A DNA stretch of 64,000 nucleotides, taken from assembly GCA_963920595.1 (NCBI GenBank), contig OY986946.1, forward strand, positions 3,038,001 through 3,102,000, given 5' to 3'. The notes beneath the pieces were generated by a model that had not been told where the DNA came from, did no database searches, and saw only the letters and a program-made list of their open reading frames with translations. This document shows, one piece after another, positions 24,410 to 37,953 of this stretch; the first letter of the stretch is position 1, and the number at the start of each line of letters is the position of its first letter. The stretch is from Eimeria praecox (lineage: Eukaryota). Both the position numbers and the translations under genes were made by a program.

Positions 24410-25124
24410 GCAGACGAGAGGAAGCAGCCACAAAGACTCGCCTAACGCGGGTTACCCTGCAGATTCGCTTCCTCTTTCTGCCTCTTCAAGACCTGCTGCT
24501 GCTGCTGCTGCTGCTCCTGCTGCTGCTGCTGCTCCTGCTGCTCCTGCTGCTGCTGCTGCTCCTGCTGCTGCTGCTGCTCCTGCTGCTCCTAGTGCTGCTG
24601 CTGCTTCAGGGTCCTCTGGACCTCACGAGGAAGCCAGCATCGCCTCCATAAGAAGCAGCAGCAACAGCAGCAGCAGCAACAGCAGCAGCAGCCCCAGCAG
24701 CAGCAGCGCCTGCAGGAGCAGCAGCAGCGGCAGCGGCCCCACAGAGCCACATCCACTCGGCGAGGCGATTGCATGTGAGTGGAAATTTTATTTAATAAAC
24801 AGAGGCAGCACGTGTTGCCGTTGCTGCTGTTGCTGCTGCTGTTGCTGCTGTTGATGCTGCTGTTGCTGCTGCTGTTGATGCTGTTGCTGTCGTTGGTTTG
24901 CTGCTGTTGCTGCTGCTGCTGGTGCCGTTGCTGTTGCTGCTGTAGCTGATGGCTGCTGCAGCCTTTCAGAGCTCCTTAAAGAGAACGGAATGCGCGTATG
25001 TGTGCTGTGCTGCTGCTGCTACAGCTGCTGCAGCAACTGCTGCTGCTGCTGCTGCTGCTGTTGCCCCACAGATTCAGGTACTGTCTCCGTCTCGGAAAGT
25101 CCTTGCCTGCATTAACCCTTGCCC

Positions 25125-25157
<33 letters not shown>

Positions 25158-25268
25158 TACAGCACAAGCACAAACCCCAGCAGCAGCAGAAGCAGCAGCG
25201 ACAGCCGAACTGCCAGCAGCAGCAGCAGCAATATCCCCTGCAGGTGAAGCAGCTGCAGCACCAGCAGT

Positions 25269-25299
<31 letters not shown>

Positions 25300-25302
25300 G
25301 CA

Positions 25303-25335
<33 letters not shown>

Positions 25336-25626
25336 ACCTCACCAAGGCCATCCTCACCAGCAGCAGCAGGAGCACCAGCAGCAGCTATACAGCCAGCACC
25401 TGCAGCAACAGAAGCAGCAGCATCAGCATCAGCACCAGCCCCAACTCCAGCAGCAACAGCACCAGCCCCAGCAGCAGCAGCGCCAGCAGCAGCAGCGCCA
25501 GCAGCAGCAGCAGACACAGCAGCACCAGCCCCAGCAGCAGCAGCCCCAGCAGCAGCAGCAGACACAGCAGCAGCAGCAGCAGCAGCAGCCCCAGCAGCAG
25601 CAGCAGACACAGCAGCAGCAGCAGAC

Positions 25627-25658
<32 letters not shown>

Positions 25659-26152
25659 GTTGGATATGGAGGCTGTGTTTGGTGATGCATGCAAAAATCT
25701 TCAAGGAGTGAAAATAGCAGATTTTGGGCTCGCACGTTTTCTTGGTATATCTTTCTTGTTTTATTTGTTTATTTTATTTGTTTATTCTGTTTATTTTATT
25801 TATTTTATTCGTTTTATTTGTTTATTTTATTTGTTTATTCTGTTTATTTTATTTATTTTATTTGTTTTATTTGTTTATTTTATTTGTTTATTCTGTTTAT
25901 TTTATTTATTTTATTTGTTTTATTTGTTTGTTTTATTTGTTTATTCTGTTTATTTTATTTATTTTATTTGTTTTATTTGTTTATTTTATTGTGTTTGTTT
26001 TGGTTGTGTTGTTTGTTGTGTTTGTTTTGTTTGTTTTGTTTTGTATGCTGCTGTCTCACTTATCCTGCTGTCTCCCCCGCTTCACTCATTTGTCTCTTTA
26101 GAGCCCCTCCATCTCCTTGATTGTGTACTTTATGTTGCTGCTGCTGCTGCTG

Positions 26153-26250
<98 letters not shown>

Positions 26251-27580
26251 TTGTTCTTAGGGCCGAACTGCGGTACTACAGAAGTCACAGGCACGCTGGC
26301 CTATGCAGCACCGGAGGTGGGCTTTGTTGTTATTGCTGTTGCTGCTGTTGCTGCTGTTGCTGCTGCTGCTGCTGTTGCTGCTGTTGCTGCTGTTGCTGCT
26401 GCTGTTGCTGCTGTTGCTGCTGTTGCTGCTGCTGTTGCTGCTGTTGCTGCTGTTGCTGCTGTTGCTGCCTTCACATCGAGATTTCCTTTGCTGTAGGACT
26501 AAGTACTATCTATCATCTCACATCCCCCAAACCCTAAACCCTAAACCCTAAACCCTAAACCCTAAACCCTAGATGTTAGAGCGTTACTGTGTCCAGGTGG
26601 TGTTGGGAGCATCTTACGATTATTCTGCTGACTTGTGGAGTGTTGGGGTTTTATCTTTTGAGCTTCTTACTAGTGGCTGCCTCCCCTTCACCGGACACGT
26701 CGCAGAAGAAGTCAGACAGTGAGGGTTTACGAGAGGTTGCAAGGGTTTACTAGGGTTTACTAGGGTTTATTAGGGTTTATGAAGAAGGCTATTGAGGGTT
26801 TACGATGGTTTATTAGGATTTACGAGGGGTTCCTAGGGTTTACTAGGGTTTGCGACGGGCCACTAGGGTTTACTAGGGTTTACGAGGGTTTAAGTAGGTT
26901 CACTAGGGCTTACGAGGGTTTACTAGGGTTTGTCAGGGTGTAGGAGTGCTTATCATTGTTGATTAGGGTTGATTAGGGTTTGTAAGGGTTTAGGGTTTAT
27001 CAGGGCATATCAGAGCGTACGAGGGTTTATGAATTAGGGTTTATTAGTTGGGGTTTATTAAGAGGTATTACACATTTTTATATATTATTGTACACTATTA
27101 TACATTATTATATATTATATATATTATTATATATTATTATATATTATTATATATTATTATACACTATTATATATTATTATATATTATTATATATTATTAT
27201 ATATTATTATATATTATTATATATTATTATATATTATTATATATTATTATATATTATTATATATTATTATATATTATTATATATTATTATATATTATTAT
27301 ATATTATTATATATTATTATATATTATTATATATTATTATAATTTACTATTTCTACTATAGCTTATTATTTCTTGTTATTGATAATACTTATTTGTTATT
27401 TGTTGGTTGCTGTTGTTGATTTGTCTCAGGCGGATATTAGGGTTTAAGGTTTGTCCTCGTGCGCTGCAGCAAATGGCTGGCGGCCCCACAGCAGCAGACT
27501 TCGTGATGAAGCTGCTCTCTCCTCAGCAGCAGAGAATGAGCTGTGCAGATGCACTGCAGCACCCCTTCCTCTCGGGTTGA
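17068..27580 (+). CDS. CDPK7-like kinase: N-terminal EF-hands, PH domain and C-terminal CAMK-type Ser/Thr kinase domain
   Basis: Exons 17068-18143, 18737-18967, 19660-20257, 20741-20831, 21174-21250, 21388-21979, 22119-22181, 22457-22528, 22767-22896, 23306-23491, 23768-24774, 24946-24995, 25072-25744, 26261-26316, 26597-26718, 27430-27580 (TGA). EF loops [12 protein letters not shown] and [14 protein letters not shown] motif [26 protein letters not shown]...[16 protein letters not shown]; kinase motifs [50 protein letters not shown]. The EF-PH-kinase order is the apicomplexan CDPK7 architecture; ortholog versus paralog is unresolved. Confidence 0.9.
19318..19487. repeat. Degenerate (TAGC)n self-complementary tetranucleotide tract
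   Basis: GCTAGCTAGC runs in a kinase intron; a similar tract lies at ~27770-27856. Confidence 0.8.
26721..27062 (+). repeat. Degenerate telomere-derived satellite (TAGGGTTTAC-like ~10-bp unit)
   Basis: Repeated TAGGGTTTAC/GAGGGTTTAC variants at the start of the last kinase intron. Confidence 0.75.
27110..27340. repeat. (ATATTATTAT)n 10-bp tandem repeat
   Basis: Near-perfect decamer array in the last kinase intron. Confidence 0.95.
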
Positions 27581-28057
27581 TATCCTTGCTGCTGCTAATA
27601 CTGCTGCTGCGGCTGCTGCTGTGGCTGCTGCTGCTGCTGCGGCTGCTGCTGCGGCTGGTGAGGCCGTTCGTGCTGCGGCTGCCGCTGTAGCTGCTGCTGC
27701 TGTTTCTCCTCTTTTCTCCCTAGGCTTGCTGTACACCCAAAGGCCAGTCATAAGCCCCCTCTCAGGTTCCCTAGCTAGCCAAATGGCTAGCTTCATAGCT
27801 AGCTATCTAGCTAGTTATGTATCTAGCCGGCTAGGTATATCTATGGGTAGCTAGCTGAGTGGGTGGGCAGCTGCTCAGTCTGCTGTAGGAGCTGTGCAAG
27901 GAGCAGCAGCAGCAGCAGCAGCAGCATTAGCTGCTGCTGCTGCCTGTTACGGACTCTCCCTGTATCCCTCAGCAACCGCTGAGGCCTCTTCTTTGCTCAG
28001 ACAGGGAAAATGTGACGGTAGTTTTAGGGTTTAGGGTTTAGGGTTTAGGGTTTACGG

Positions 28058-28470
28058 TGTATGGTTTCTCATACACAAGAAATCGTACCTTGATACTGTC
28101 CTCGTATCTCTACTTGCTAGCAGGCTGCCTACATAGGATTATCTAAGTGTGTAAAGACAGTCTACATTGCAGTGTACAATGCTACCGCATGCAGCGAAGG
28201 CTTATTGATCGAGCAGGCAATTGGGGCTGGCTTGCAGCACTAGCTGCAACACGGCGCGTTGCAGCCCTTAACTGGGCACTCCTTGTCTCTACTGTCCCTA
28301 TCAGCCCCAGGCCTTGGGTCTGCTGTTTCTATGAGGCGAGAAGGGAGGGGGGGGGGGGGGGGAGGAGGCTACTATCAGCTGCCTTGGGTGAAGCCTCTGA
28401 CTCTGTTGCAACTCTTGATAATCCTCAGATAAGGCTGAGGACCCTCGTCACTTTTGCTAGCACCGCCAGC
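28058..28470 (+). repeat. Putative 5' LTR (diverged)
   Basis: Collinear shared blocks with 31717-32110, e.g. TAAGTGTGTAAAGACAGTCTAC vs TAAGTGTTTAAAGAGAGTCTAC; GCACTAGCTGCAACACG vs GCACTAGCTGCAGCAACACG; AGGAGGCTACTATCAGCT vs AGGAGGTTATTATCAGCT. Confidence 0.65.
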
Positions 28471-29759
28471 TTCATCGAGACAGGCGAGGCAGGTGCAACA
28501 GGGCGGCTCAGTGTTCACTCAGTGGCCCGTAAGCGATCAAGTGGAAGAAGAATATCTAACAGGAAGAATCCATCAAGAATGCCCCCGCCTCTGTTAACTA
28601 ATCAGATATGATGGGCGTCGCGATAGGGAGGCAGTAGAGGAATTTCTTGATTTCTTTGGCTTATACCTTCGTCTTCACCACTTACCAGAGGCCTTACAAT
28701 TGATACTGGCATCTTCTCTATGAGGAGAAGGAGACATACGGCATTTGCTGCTACATCTAAACAACTGTTCCGTTTCTTCCGAGCACATGAAGGCTATACA
28801 AGCCTTGTAGGATGCTCCTTGATGAAGGTTTATTCTCGGGTTTATAAGATAACAGGCTGTGGCTAACCTGAGAACCTAAGCGAGGGGGACTGTTCATACA
28901 ACGTTTGAAGTCCATCGATAGGCTGGGAGATTCATAGCATAAATGGCACATAGCAGGGATGTCCCCAGGAGAGGAGCAAACAGTAAACGGCTGAGACACG
29001 GAGAAAAAACTAAGGAGTGAAACTGTTGAGGCTACTCAGATGATGGCGTAATCTCGCAATAGAACGAACACACGCCACTTGCTCTGCCAAAGGTAAGTCA
29101 GAAGAAAGAGGGTTAGGAAGCAAGCTAGATTTAGAGCCTATGGATATTGAAGGTGTGAATTCCAGACTACCCCAGAGAGGGATTAGAAGCGGTAACTGAG
29201 AACAGCTAGTGAATTCGGGACCGACAAGTCCAGGGAAACGTACAGGAGCAGCGTATCTGCTACTTTTGCAATAACTAAGACAACATATAAGAGGAGTGGA
29301 ATCAGTGCCCAAAGGCGAAAGTAGCCAGGAGGCTCCTGAGCAGTCCAGAGGCACTGCAGGTAACGACAGAAAATGCATGCATTCCCGCATACTGGTCCTT
29401 CAAGGACTATAGCTTGCCGGAATTCATTCTATTTAAGACTGGAGGGACAGCAGAAATACGGGAAATCAAAGGGGAAGTTCTTCGATGTACTCAGCAACAA
29501 GGCGTATTCAGCGGGCCAGTCACCCGCTGGACGCACAGTAGATCGCGCCGTACTCGTTCCCTGAGCAGCCTTAAGCTTGGTTCCAAGGTAGCGGCGAACC
29601 CCAAACCTCGAAGAGGTGTCAACTGAACCTCGCAATTTTATCAAGAAAGATGCTAAAAGGGGGAGAGGTTCAGCTAACAACTAGTGCCTTTGGAGACGAC
29701 CCGGCGTTAGTGAAGAAAGGACTGGAGGGGACGCATGCGCGTCGGCTTCAAAACCCTCA

Positions 29760-30860
29760 ACAACGCCACGGTGAAACATAGGTTTCTGATGCCTCGCATC
29801 GATAAACTGCTGTACTGTTGCAGGGTTAGTCAGTCTATTCATCACTTAACTTAGGCAACGCACTTTCGCAGACCTCAATACATCCCAGAAGAGTGGATTC
29901 AATACCCGCAAGCAAACAAGCTAGAGTATACCTGTATGTTCTTTGCGCTCGAGAATTCATCTGCCAGACTGCATCAACAGCTCAATCACAACTTCTTGTA
30001 GCTGGTCAATGAGGCATGGATAGTAATAGGCATAAACGATGTGCAAGAGCATATGCATCACCTGCAGCCAGGTCAGCTACTGCTACGCGAGGAGCAGTGG
30101 TTCGTCAAAGCACATAATATATTTTTTCCATTAAAACTGTTAGTTTGTTAGGCTTTCATGTCTTTACCTCAGCAGCCAAACCAGACCCGGCGAAGATAGA
30201 GGCTATTTGGAAGTGGCCACTAGTCTTGTACACTTGCGCGGACGCTCCCCTGGCAATCAGAAGTTTCTCGGCTTTACATCATGCTACAGCAAGCTCAATC
30301 CTGGCTTGTGGCTCGGATCGCCGCCCCTTAACAGATCTAATTAAGGAGGACAAACAACTTATTTGCGTGGAGAGAGAAGGCGAAGCCACCAGCAGCCTCA
30401 TCGGGCACGCGGCGCCTTCTCCAATACCAGCGCTCCCTGATGCCGGCAACCATTTTCTCCTAGCGGCTGACGCCTGTGACAAAGCAGTTGACATAACAGT
30501 TGAGGTGATGCCCTCTCAACAGGCTACTGACACACAAAGGCAAGAAGTAATCGCTTGCCACTCACACTGCTTCAGGGGTAGTGAGCAGAAGTACCCCGCA
30601 CATGAGAAGGAGTTTTATGCCGTCTGGTGGAGAGAACAACAGTGCTGGCATTACTTATATGGCAGGTCTTCCATAGTTCAAACCGGCCCTAAATCCCTGA
30701 CAAACCTGGCAAAGTATTTTCGAGACCATGATAATGAAAGATGATAGATAGGTGGATAGGTGATTAGGTTGCTGGTGGCTTGCGCAATACAACTTCACAC
30801 TCATGTATATCAAGGGTATTACCAATGTGGTCCCTAACGCACGCTCCTGACGCCTCAGGC
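29760..30860 (+). pseudogene. Disrupted pol (reverse transcriptase-RNase H) of the LTR element
   Basis: Recognisable RT and RNase H motifs interrupted by stops and frameshifts; the catalytic YxDD position reads IGINDV. Confidence 0.8.
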
Positions 30861-31716
30861 ACTGTGTTCTGCAACTGTTTTTATTTTTCAAGAGCCCTTC
30901 TCTCTTTGTTCCCGGGCTAATGCGTTGGCTTATGTAGTGGACATAGCTACAATGTGGAGTTGCCACCATAGTATCAGTGCTGGTTTCTTCAAAAGGTGCA
31001 GTGTATTGGAGAAATTTCGTTGATCTCTCACCACAGAATTGGAGGAACGCCACAGATCACGAGTACAACTGGAGGAGACTAAGATGCTGGGTACTCGCGT
31101 ATGTACGCTCAGACCAGAAAACAAAAGCGAATTTTATATTAAAATAACCCAAAATAGCCAATAACCCGAGTGGATTTCTGAAGATTGATTGTGTGCAGCA
31201 GTGCCTCAACAAAGCTGTCTACACGGGTATCTTCATTTAACCACAGCGACCGAAGACGCTGGTAGGTAAGTGTTGCTTCAATCTGTGTTTCTATCCTCCG
31301 TTGGATGGCAGTGTAGAAGTTGCCGTTGGTGTCTTACTTGTGCGGCGCACCGCTGCCGACAACACTTTTATTTCTTTTGTATTTCGGGGCTGGGACCCCA
31401 CACTTCTGGCCATTGGTCGGTTCCCTCCATACGCTTTTGCAGTGTAATAATAATAATATTGAGAGGCTTGCGCGAAAGGCGGCTCCCGGCTCCCGTGCAA
31501 CAAGCATGAATTGCAGTCATTGACCAGTGGTCACGTCACTGGGCAGTCCCACTCTCGTGAGCAGCGGCTCAACAGCGGCAGCACACTACTGCATGGACAC
31601 CCACCTTGAATTTAGTCACCCTTTCTCTTTGTTCTTTTTCTTCTCCTTTCCCCTTTTTCCTTCTCATAGAAGGGCAGGCACACGAGGATGTGTGCCACGT
31701 TGGGGGATGAGGGAGG

Positions 31717-32110
31717 TGGGAATCCAGATGTAGGTGGGACGCTTTGTCTAGCGTTGGTCCTCTCATCCCTATTTGCTCATAGACTGGCTACAAAGGGTCA
31801 AGTAAGTGTTTAAAGAGAGTCTACTCAAGAGTCTACACAGCAAAGCGGCGCCTGCTGCGAGGGCCTGTGAAACTGCCTTGTGGCACTAGCTGCAGCAACA
31901 CGAGTTGTCGACCATGGCCTCCTACCAGCCCCTGGCTCTTGGGGTGCTGTGCCCATGTGGCTAGAGGACGGGAGGGTAGGAGGTTATTATCAGCTATTTT
32001 TTGTGACCTCTTTGTAAAAGCCTTTTGACTCTATTTTCAGATAACATCGAAGACTCTCCTAACATACTCTAAGCGCCGGTAGGGTGGAGCCCTGATGCTC
32101 CCTTCAGGTG
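31717..32110 (+). repeat. Putative 3' LTR preceded by a polypurine tract
   Basis: GGGGGATGAGGGAGG (31702-31716) is immediately followed by TG; collinear similarity to the 5' copy. Confidence 0.65.
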
Positions 32111-33539
32111 GCTGTGGCTAGCTGTAAGGCCTTTCTCCAGCTAACTGTTTCCAGGTGCAGCTAGCCATGGCTAGTTGCCCCTCGCTGCGTTCGTAGGGCC
32201 ATTCCTGTCTGCGGTATTGGGGTGCACGTACACCTCGTGCATGCGGATGCGGTGTTTAGCAGCAACTCTCTGCAGCTTCAATCAGAAGCTTTCATACTGC
32301 ATGCATGCGGAGTAGCTGCTGCCCCGCAGCAGCTATGATTTCTTTAATTTTCTGCTCTCATATCAGACAGACAGAAAAGAGGAAGGTTCTTAGAACGGTT
32401 TTCTATGGATTGTAATGTATAAACATAAGTGCACACCTCTTATATATATTATTTGGTAAGCTAGAGTATTTTATTTAATAACTATATTTATATAGATATA
32501 GATATATTGCACTTGTATATGAATGCTCTTGCAGTGATAAGAGGGGGCCCAATCTAATATAGAAGACTCTAGCTACACTGTACTAAACCCTAAACCCTAA
32601 ACCCTAAACCCTAAACCCTATATATGGCGTAGGTCGTATCGCTCGCCCAGCCAGCCACGTGGTCCCCTTGAGTTGTCCTGTATATTTTACTAAATATATG
32701 TATAGTTATTCCCTTTTAAATGCATTTAATTGTATTTAGATACAATAAAACACAGAATAAACAAATATAAACAATAAAAAACCCGCAAACTGTTCCTTCA
32801 AGGTTTCGCGGAGGCGCGGCCGTCGGCGTCGCCCACAGTTGATCGATGTAGGGGGGCCCTGGGTAGGGTGTTTGGTGGCTTAAATGGGTTTAAAAATAAT
32901 AAAAATAAATAAATAAATAAATTAAAATAAGAAATACAACAAGAAGAATCAAAAGAAAGGGAGAGAAAAGCCTCGCTTTTAGCTGTGTGTGCCGCGACAG
33001 CCGGAGCCCTTCTAGTCTGTCTATAAGGGCGAGGGAAGAGGAGGATTTATTTTATTGTTTCCTAGCTCTTTTAATTATAAGAATGTGCTTTATTAACTAT
33101 TGTTTAGGGTTCATCAAGAAAATTCGGCTTCGAACGAGGGTTTAGGGTTTAGGGTTTAGGGTTTAGGGTTTAGGGTTTGAGCTGCTCACGACAGGTGTTG
33201 TTGCTCGGCAGGCCGTGCAGGGCTTCCGGCCGCACCTGATCTTGTTTTTCTTTTTTTTGTTTGTTTTTGCAATATATTAAATAAATTAATTTCTTTTTTA
33301 ACTCAATAAACCAAATAAACCTGTCAGAAACGACAGCTAACCCTCCGCCTCCCCGCAGCCGACGATCGGCGCGACGCGCTAGCGATGTATCCCCTAAACC
33401 CTAAACCCCTAATATATAAACCCTAAACCCTAAACCCTAGGCTTTACTCCTCGCCTCCAAACCCTATTTTGGGCTTCTTCCCCCACCCGCAGCCGATCAA
33501 CCCGACGGGTTTTGCTGCAGCAGACACAACACCACACAT

Positions 33540-33580
<41 letters not shown>

Positions 33581-34003
33581 CAGCAGCAGAAGAGCAGCAG
33601 CAACAAAACCAATAGAAAAAACAGCAGACAAACCCCAAGAGCAGCAGCAGCAGCAGCAGCAAACGCCGCAGCAGCAGCTGAAGCAGACACAGCAACAACA
33701 AGCTCACCACCAGCAACAGAGCAGCAGCAGCAACAGCAACAGCAGCAAACACAACTGTAGCAACGGCAGCATCAACTGCAGCAGAATCAACAACAACTAC
33801 AGCAGCAGCAACAACAACTGCAGCAGCAGCAGCAGCAGCAGCAGCGAGGCCAGCAGCTCAAGCCGGTTGTCTTGAGTCTCATGCTGCCTTTCAGACGCCC
33901 TCCTGCGCAGCCTTCAGGGTTTATACCTCCTACCTTGCTGGTTAGGGTTTAGGGTTTAGGGTTTAGGGCTTAGGGTTTAGGGTTTACACTTTAGGGTTTA
34001 GGA

Positions 34004-34571
34004 ATGGCTTCAATAGCTGCTGCCCTATCTGCCTCTATGTCTGGGGGCCCCCCTAAACCCCTCTCCCCTCAACACGAAAATATTCCTTTGGGGGCCCCCA
34101 CGGGGGCCCCCACAGGGGCCCCCACAGGGGCCCCCACAGGGGCCCCCACAGGGGGCCCCCCAGGGGCGAACCCTGATGCCCCTTGGGGGGCCCCCTCCCA
34201 GGGGGCCCCCCAAGGCCTTCCTCCTAAGAAGAAGAGGAAGCGGGAGCATCGAGCAGCAGCAGCAGCAGCAGCAGCTGCTGCTGCTGCTGCTGCAGCTACA
34301 CCGCAGCGGCAGCAAGGGGCCCCAGTGCAACGACGTCGTACTCGAAGCACAACAGGCCTCGGGGGGGGCCCCCAAGGTACATATGAGGGGCCCCCCTCCC
34401 CGATTTTATATACAGGGGGGCCCCTGTGGGGCCCCCCAGAGAAGCCTTTAAACCTCAAAGCCCTACGATGGAGCAGCCCTCCGCCGCAAGCTCCTCCTAC
34501 ACATAAACCAACAACAACAACGAAGACACAAACAAAGCAGCAGCAGCAACAACAGCAGCAGCAGGAGAAGC

Positions 34572-34606
<35 letters not shown>

Positions 34607-34851
34607 GAGCAGCGGGGGAGGCCCCTCCTTGATCTGTCTGAAGGGGGGGGGGCCCCCCTCAAAGAGGGAGAGGAGGAGGGGGGCCCCCCTGCTGCTGTCG
34701 AAACCAATATTGTAGGGAAACGCAGCAGCAGCAAAAGAATAATGAATGGAGCAGCAGAGAGAAGCAAGAAAACAAACAAAACACAAAAAGACAGCAAACA
34801 ACAAATTAAGAGACGGACTTCTTCCTCTTCAAACAGCAACAACAACTGCAG

Positions 34852-34898
<47 letters not shown>

Positions 34899-35010
34899 GC
34901 AGCAGCAACAGCAGCAGCAACAGCAGCAACAGCAGCAGCAGCAGCGGCAAACAAAACCGCACACAAACACATACAACACAACACAAACAACAACACCAAC
35001 ACAAACGCAC

Positions 35011-35046
<36 letters not shown>

Positions 35047-35170
35047 GCAGCAGGTGGAGACAGCAGGAGAGAGAGCAACACCGGCAACAGCAGCAACAAA
35101 TGCTTCTGTAGGTGTTTCCTTATCAGCAAAGGCCTCAGCAACAGCAGCAAGACCCGCCTCTCCTCCCCTA

Positions 35171-35202
<32 letters not shown>

Positions 35203-35310
35203 AGGTACAGCAGCAGCAAACCGATCAGGACACCCGAGCAGCGGGACGAAGTCTGACCTTGGCCCCGCCGCCGCCGCAGCAGCAGCAGCAGCAGCAGATG
35301 CAGCAGCAAT

Positions 35311-35341
<31 letters not shown>

Positions 35342-35390
35342 CCACAAAAAGCACCTCAACATGAGAGGGCAAATAGTGTCAAGCATCAAA

Positions 35391-35431
<41 letters not shown>

Positions 35432-35777
35432 ACAAGAGCAGCAGCAAAAGCATCGGAAGCAGCAGCAGCAGCTGCAAAGGCAGCAGCCGAATCTGAAGCA
35501 CGTGCTGTTGGTTGTGGTCCTGGTGCTGCAGGAGGTTCAACAGCAGCAACAGCAGCAGCAGTAAGAGCAGCAGCAGCACCTGCTGCAGCAGCAGCACCCC
35601 CTGCAGCAGCAGCAGCAGCAGCTGCTGCTGCTGCTGAAGCAAATAAACAGAAGGATGCTCGCAGAAGGAGTCTGATTGCTGCTCTGAGGGCCGCCTTCCC
35701 TAACTGCCCCTTCGCCTCTCTCAGCCCTTCTGAGCCTGCTGCTGCTGCTGCTGCTGCTGCTCCTGCTGCTGCTGCTG

Positions 35778-35811
<34 letters not shown>

Positions 35812-36234
35812 TGCTGCTGCTGCTGCTCCTGCTGCTGCTGCTGCTCCTGCTGCTGCTGTTCCTCCCGCTTTTGCTGCTGGTCTAGGTGCTGCTCATGCTG
35901 CTGCTGCTGCTGCTGCTCCTGCTTATCTTGCTACCCCAGGGAGTGCTTATCCTACCTTTCCTGCTGCTGCTGCTGCTCCTGCTGCTGCTGCTGCTGCTGC
36001 TCCTGCTGCTCCTTCTGCTCCTGCTGCTCTTGCTTCTGTCCCTGGCCCTGCTGCTGCTGCTGCCCCTGCTGCTGCTGCTGCTGAGGTCGGGACGCAGAAT
36101 CCTGAGAAGGTTGATTCGGGCTTCATGCGTGCTGCTGCTGCTGCTGCAGCAACAGCAGCAGATGCTGCAGCTAAACCTCCCCCCGTTGCTGCTCCCGCTG
36201 CTGTGGATTCTGCTCACGGCTCCTCGAAACAGAC

Positions 36235-36267
<33 letters not shown>

Positions 36268-36935
36268 ACAGCAGCAGCAGCAAACAGCGGGTCCTTCTGT
36301 CTTCCAAGTCATAGAAAGAAAGCAATCCACAGCAGCAGCAGCAGAAGCAGCAGAAGCAGCAGAAGCAGCAGCAGCAACAGCAGCAACAGCAGCAACAGCA
36401 GCAACAGCAGCAACAGCAATATCACAGGATGCTGAAGGCCCCATGCCAACGAATAGGGACGAGAGCAGCAGCAGAAGCCGGGAGAGTAGCATGGACAGCA
36501 GCAAAAGCTATCGCAGCTGCAGCGCCCCTGCTGCTGCTGCTTCTGCTGCTGCTGCTGCTGCTTCTGCTGCTTCTGCTGCTGCTGCTGCTGCTAGTGATTG
36601 GCGAAGAGCAGCAGAAGAAAACAGGCAGCAAAAGACATTTCCGCTTCAGGATGTAGCAGCAACTCCAAGTACAGCTGCAGCAGCAGCAAACACAGCAACA
36701 GCAGCAGCAGCAGCAAACACAGCAGCAGCAGCAGCAGCGGCACCAAATGCAGCAACAGCAGCAAATACAGCAGCAACAGCAAATACAGCAGGAGCATCAG
36801 AAGCAGAAGCAAGCACATCAGCAGCAGAAGAAGAAGCAAATACAGAAACAGCAGCAGCAGCAGCAGCAGCACAACCCGAAGAGCAGCAGACAGCAGCATC
36901 CCCGCAGGGGTGGCCTCTCCCTGCTGCAGCTGCTG

Positions 36936-36973
<38 letters not shown>

Positions 36974-37538
36974 ACTGCTTCTGCTGCAGCAGCAAACTGC
37001 ATCAAGGAGAACTTCAAAGAGGGAAACACAGCAGCAGCCGTGCAGACGCAGCAGCAGCAGCAGCAGCAGCAGCAAGAACAGCAACAGCAGCAGCACCAGC
37101 CACTCCCTGAAACAAATCTTGAAGCTGCTGCTGCAGTCAAGGAATCCGCTAGGCTGGCAGCAGAAGCAGCAGCAGCAAAAGCAGCAGCAGCAGAATCAGG
37201 TGCAGCAACAATAGATGCAGCAGAGGCACCAGGGGAGTTTACTGCTGCGGAGAGGGCGCCCATGGGCAGCAGCAGCAGCAGCAGCGGCAGCAGCAGCGGC
37301 AGCAGCAGCAGCAGCAGCAGGTCTGAAGCCCTTAGCAGCAGCAGAAGGAGCAGCTACAGCAGCATCAAACGACCGCAGCACAGCTACAGCCTAGCCCGGA
37401 AGGCGCAGAGCAGCAGCAGCAGCAGCAGCAGCTACAACAACAGCATAAGCAGCAGCAGCCGCTGCAGCAGTGGCAGCACTAGCAGCAGCGACAGCAGCAG
37501 GCTCCTTTTAAGACGGGCACACAGCACGAGCAGCAACT

Positions 37539-37571
<33 letters not shown>

Positions 37572-37666
37572 GCAGCAGCAAATTAAACTCCCAGCATTTT
37601 CTGCGTCGTCTGCAGCTAATTCGAGGCAAGGGGCTAGCAAACGCAGAGGGACCCTCCCGAAGCGGA

Positions 37667-37710
<44 letters not shown>

Positions 37711-37788
37711 TGCTGCTGGAGCTGCTGCTGATGATTATGATGATGGTGATAGGGATGAGGCGTCTGATGCTGCAGATTTGCCTGCTGC

Positions 37789-37826
<38 letters not shown>

Positions 37827-37911
37827 CAGATAGAGAGAGACGGAGATGCAACCATGGGGGAGAGATGCAAGCCCAACAGCAGCGGGCTACTCAGACCTCT
37901 TGCCGGGGGCA

Positions 37912-37953
<42 letters not shown>

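Larger units (their letters stand above)
28058..32110 (+). mobile_element. Degenerate Ty3/Gypsy-type LTR retrotransposon remnant
   Basis: Gag-like EPMDI motif (~29133) and a decayed zinc knuckle (ICYFCNN, ~29255); RT fragments (KHRFLMPRIDKLL ~29775; EHMHHLQ...LLREEQWFVK); RNase H ORF 30145-30744 (KPDPAKIEAIWKWP, ADACDKAV, EQKYPAHEKEFYAV, HYLYG). Multiple stops and frameshifts; diverged direct repeats at both ends. Boundaries are approximate. Confidence 0.85.

Noticed and set aside
31270..31523. Chromodomain or integrase C-terminus in the retroelement
   Set aside because: No convincing motif readable by eye; a profile search is needed.
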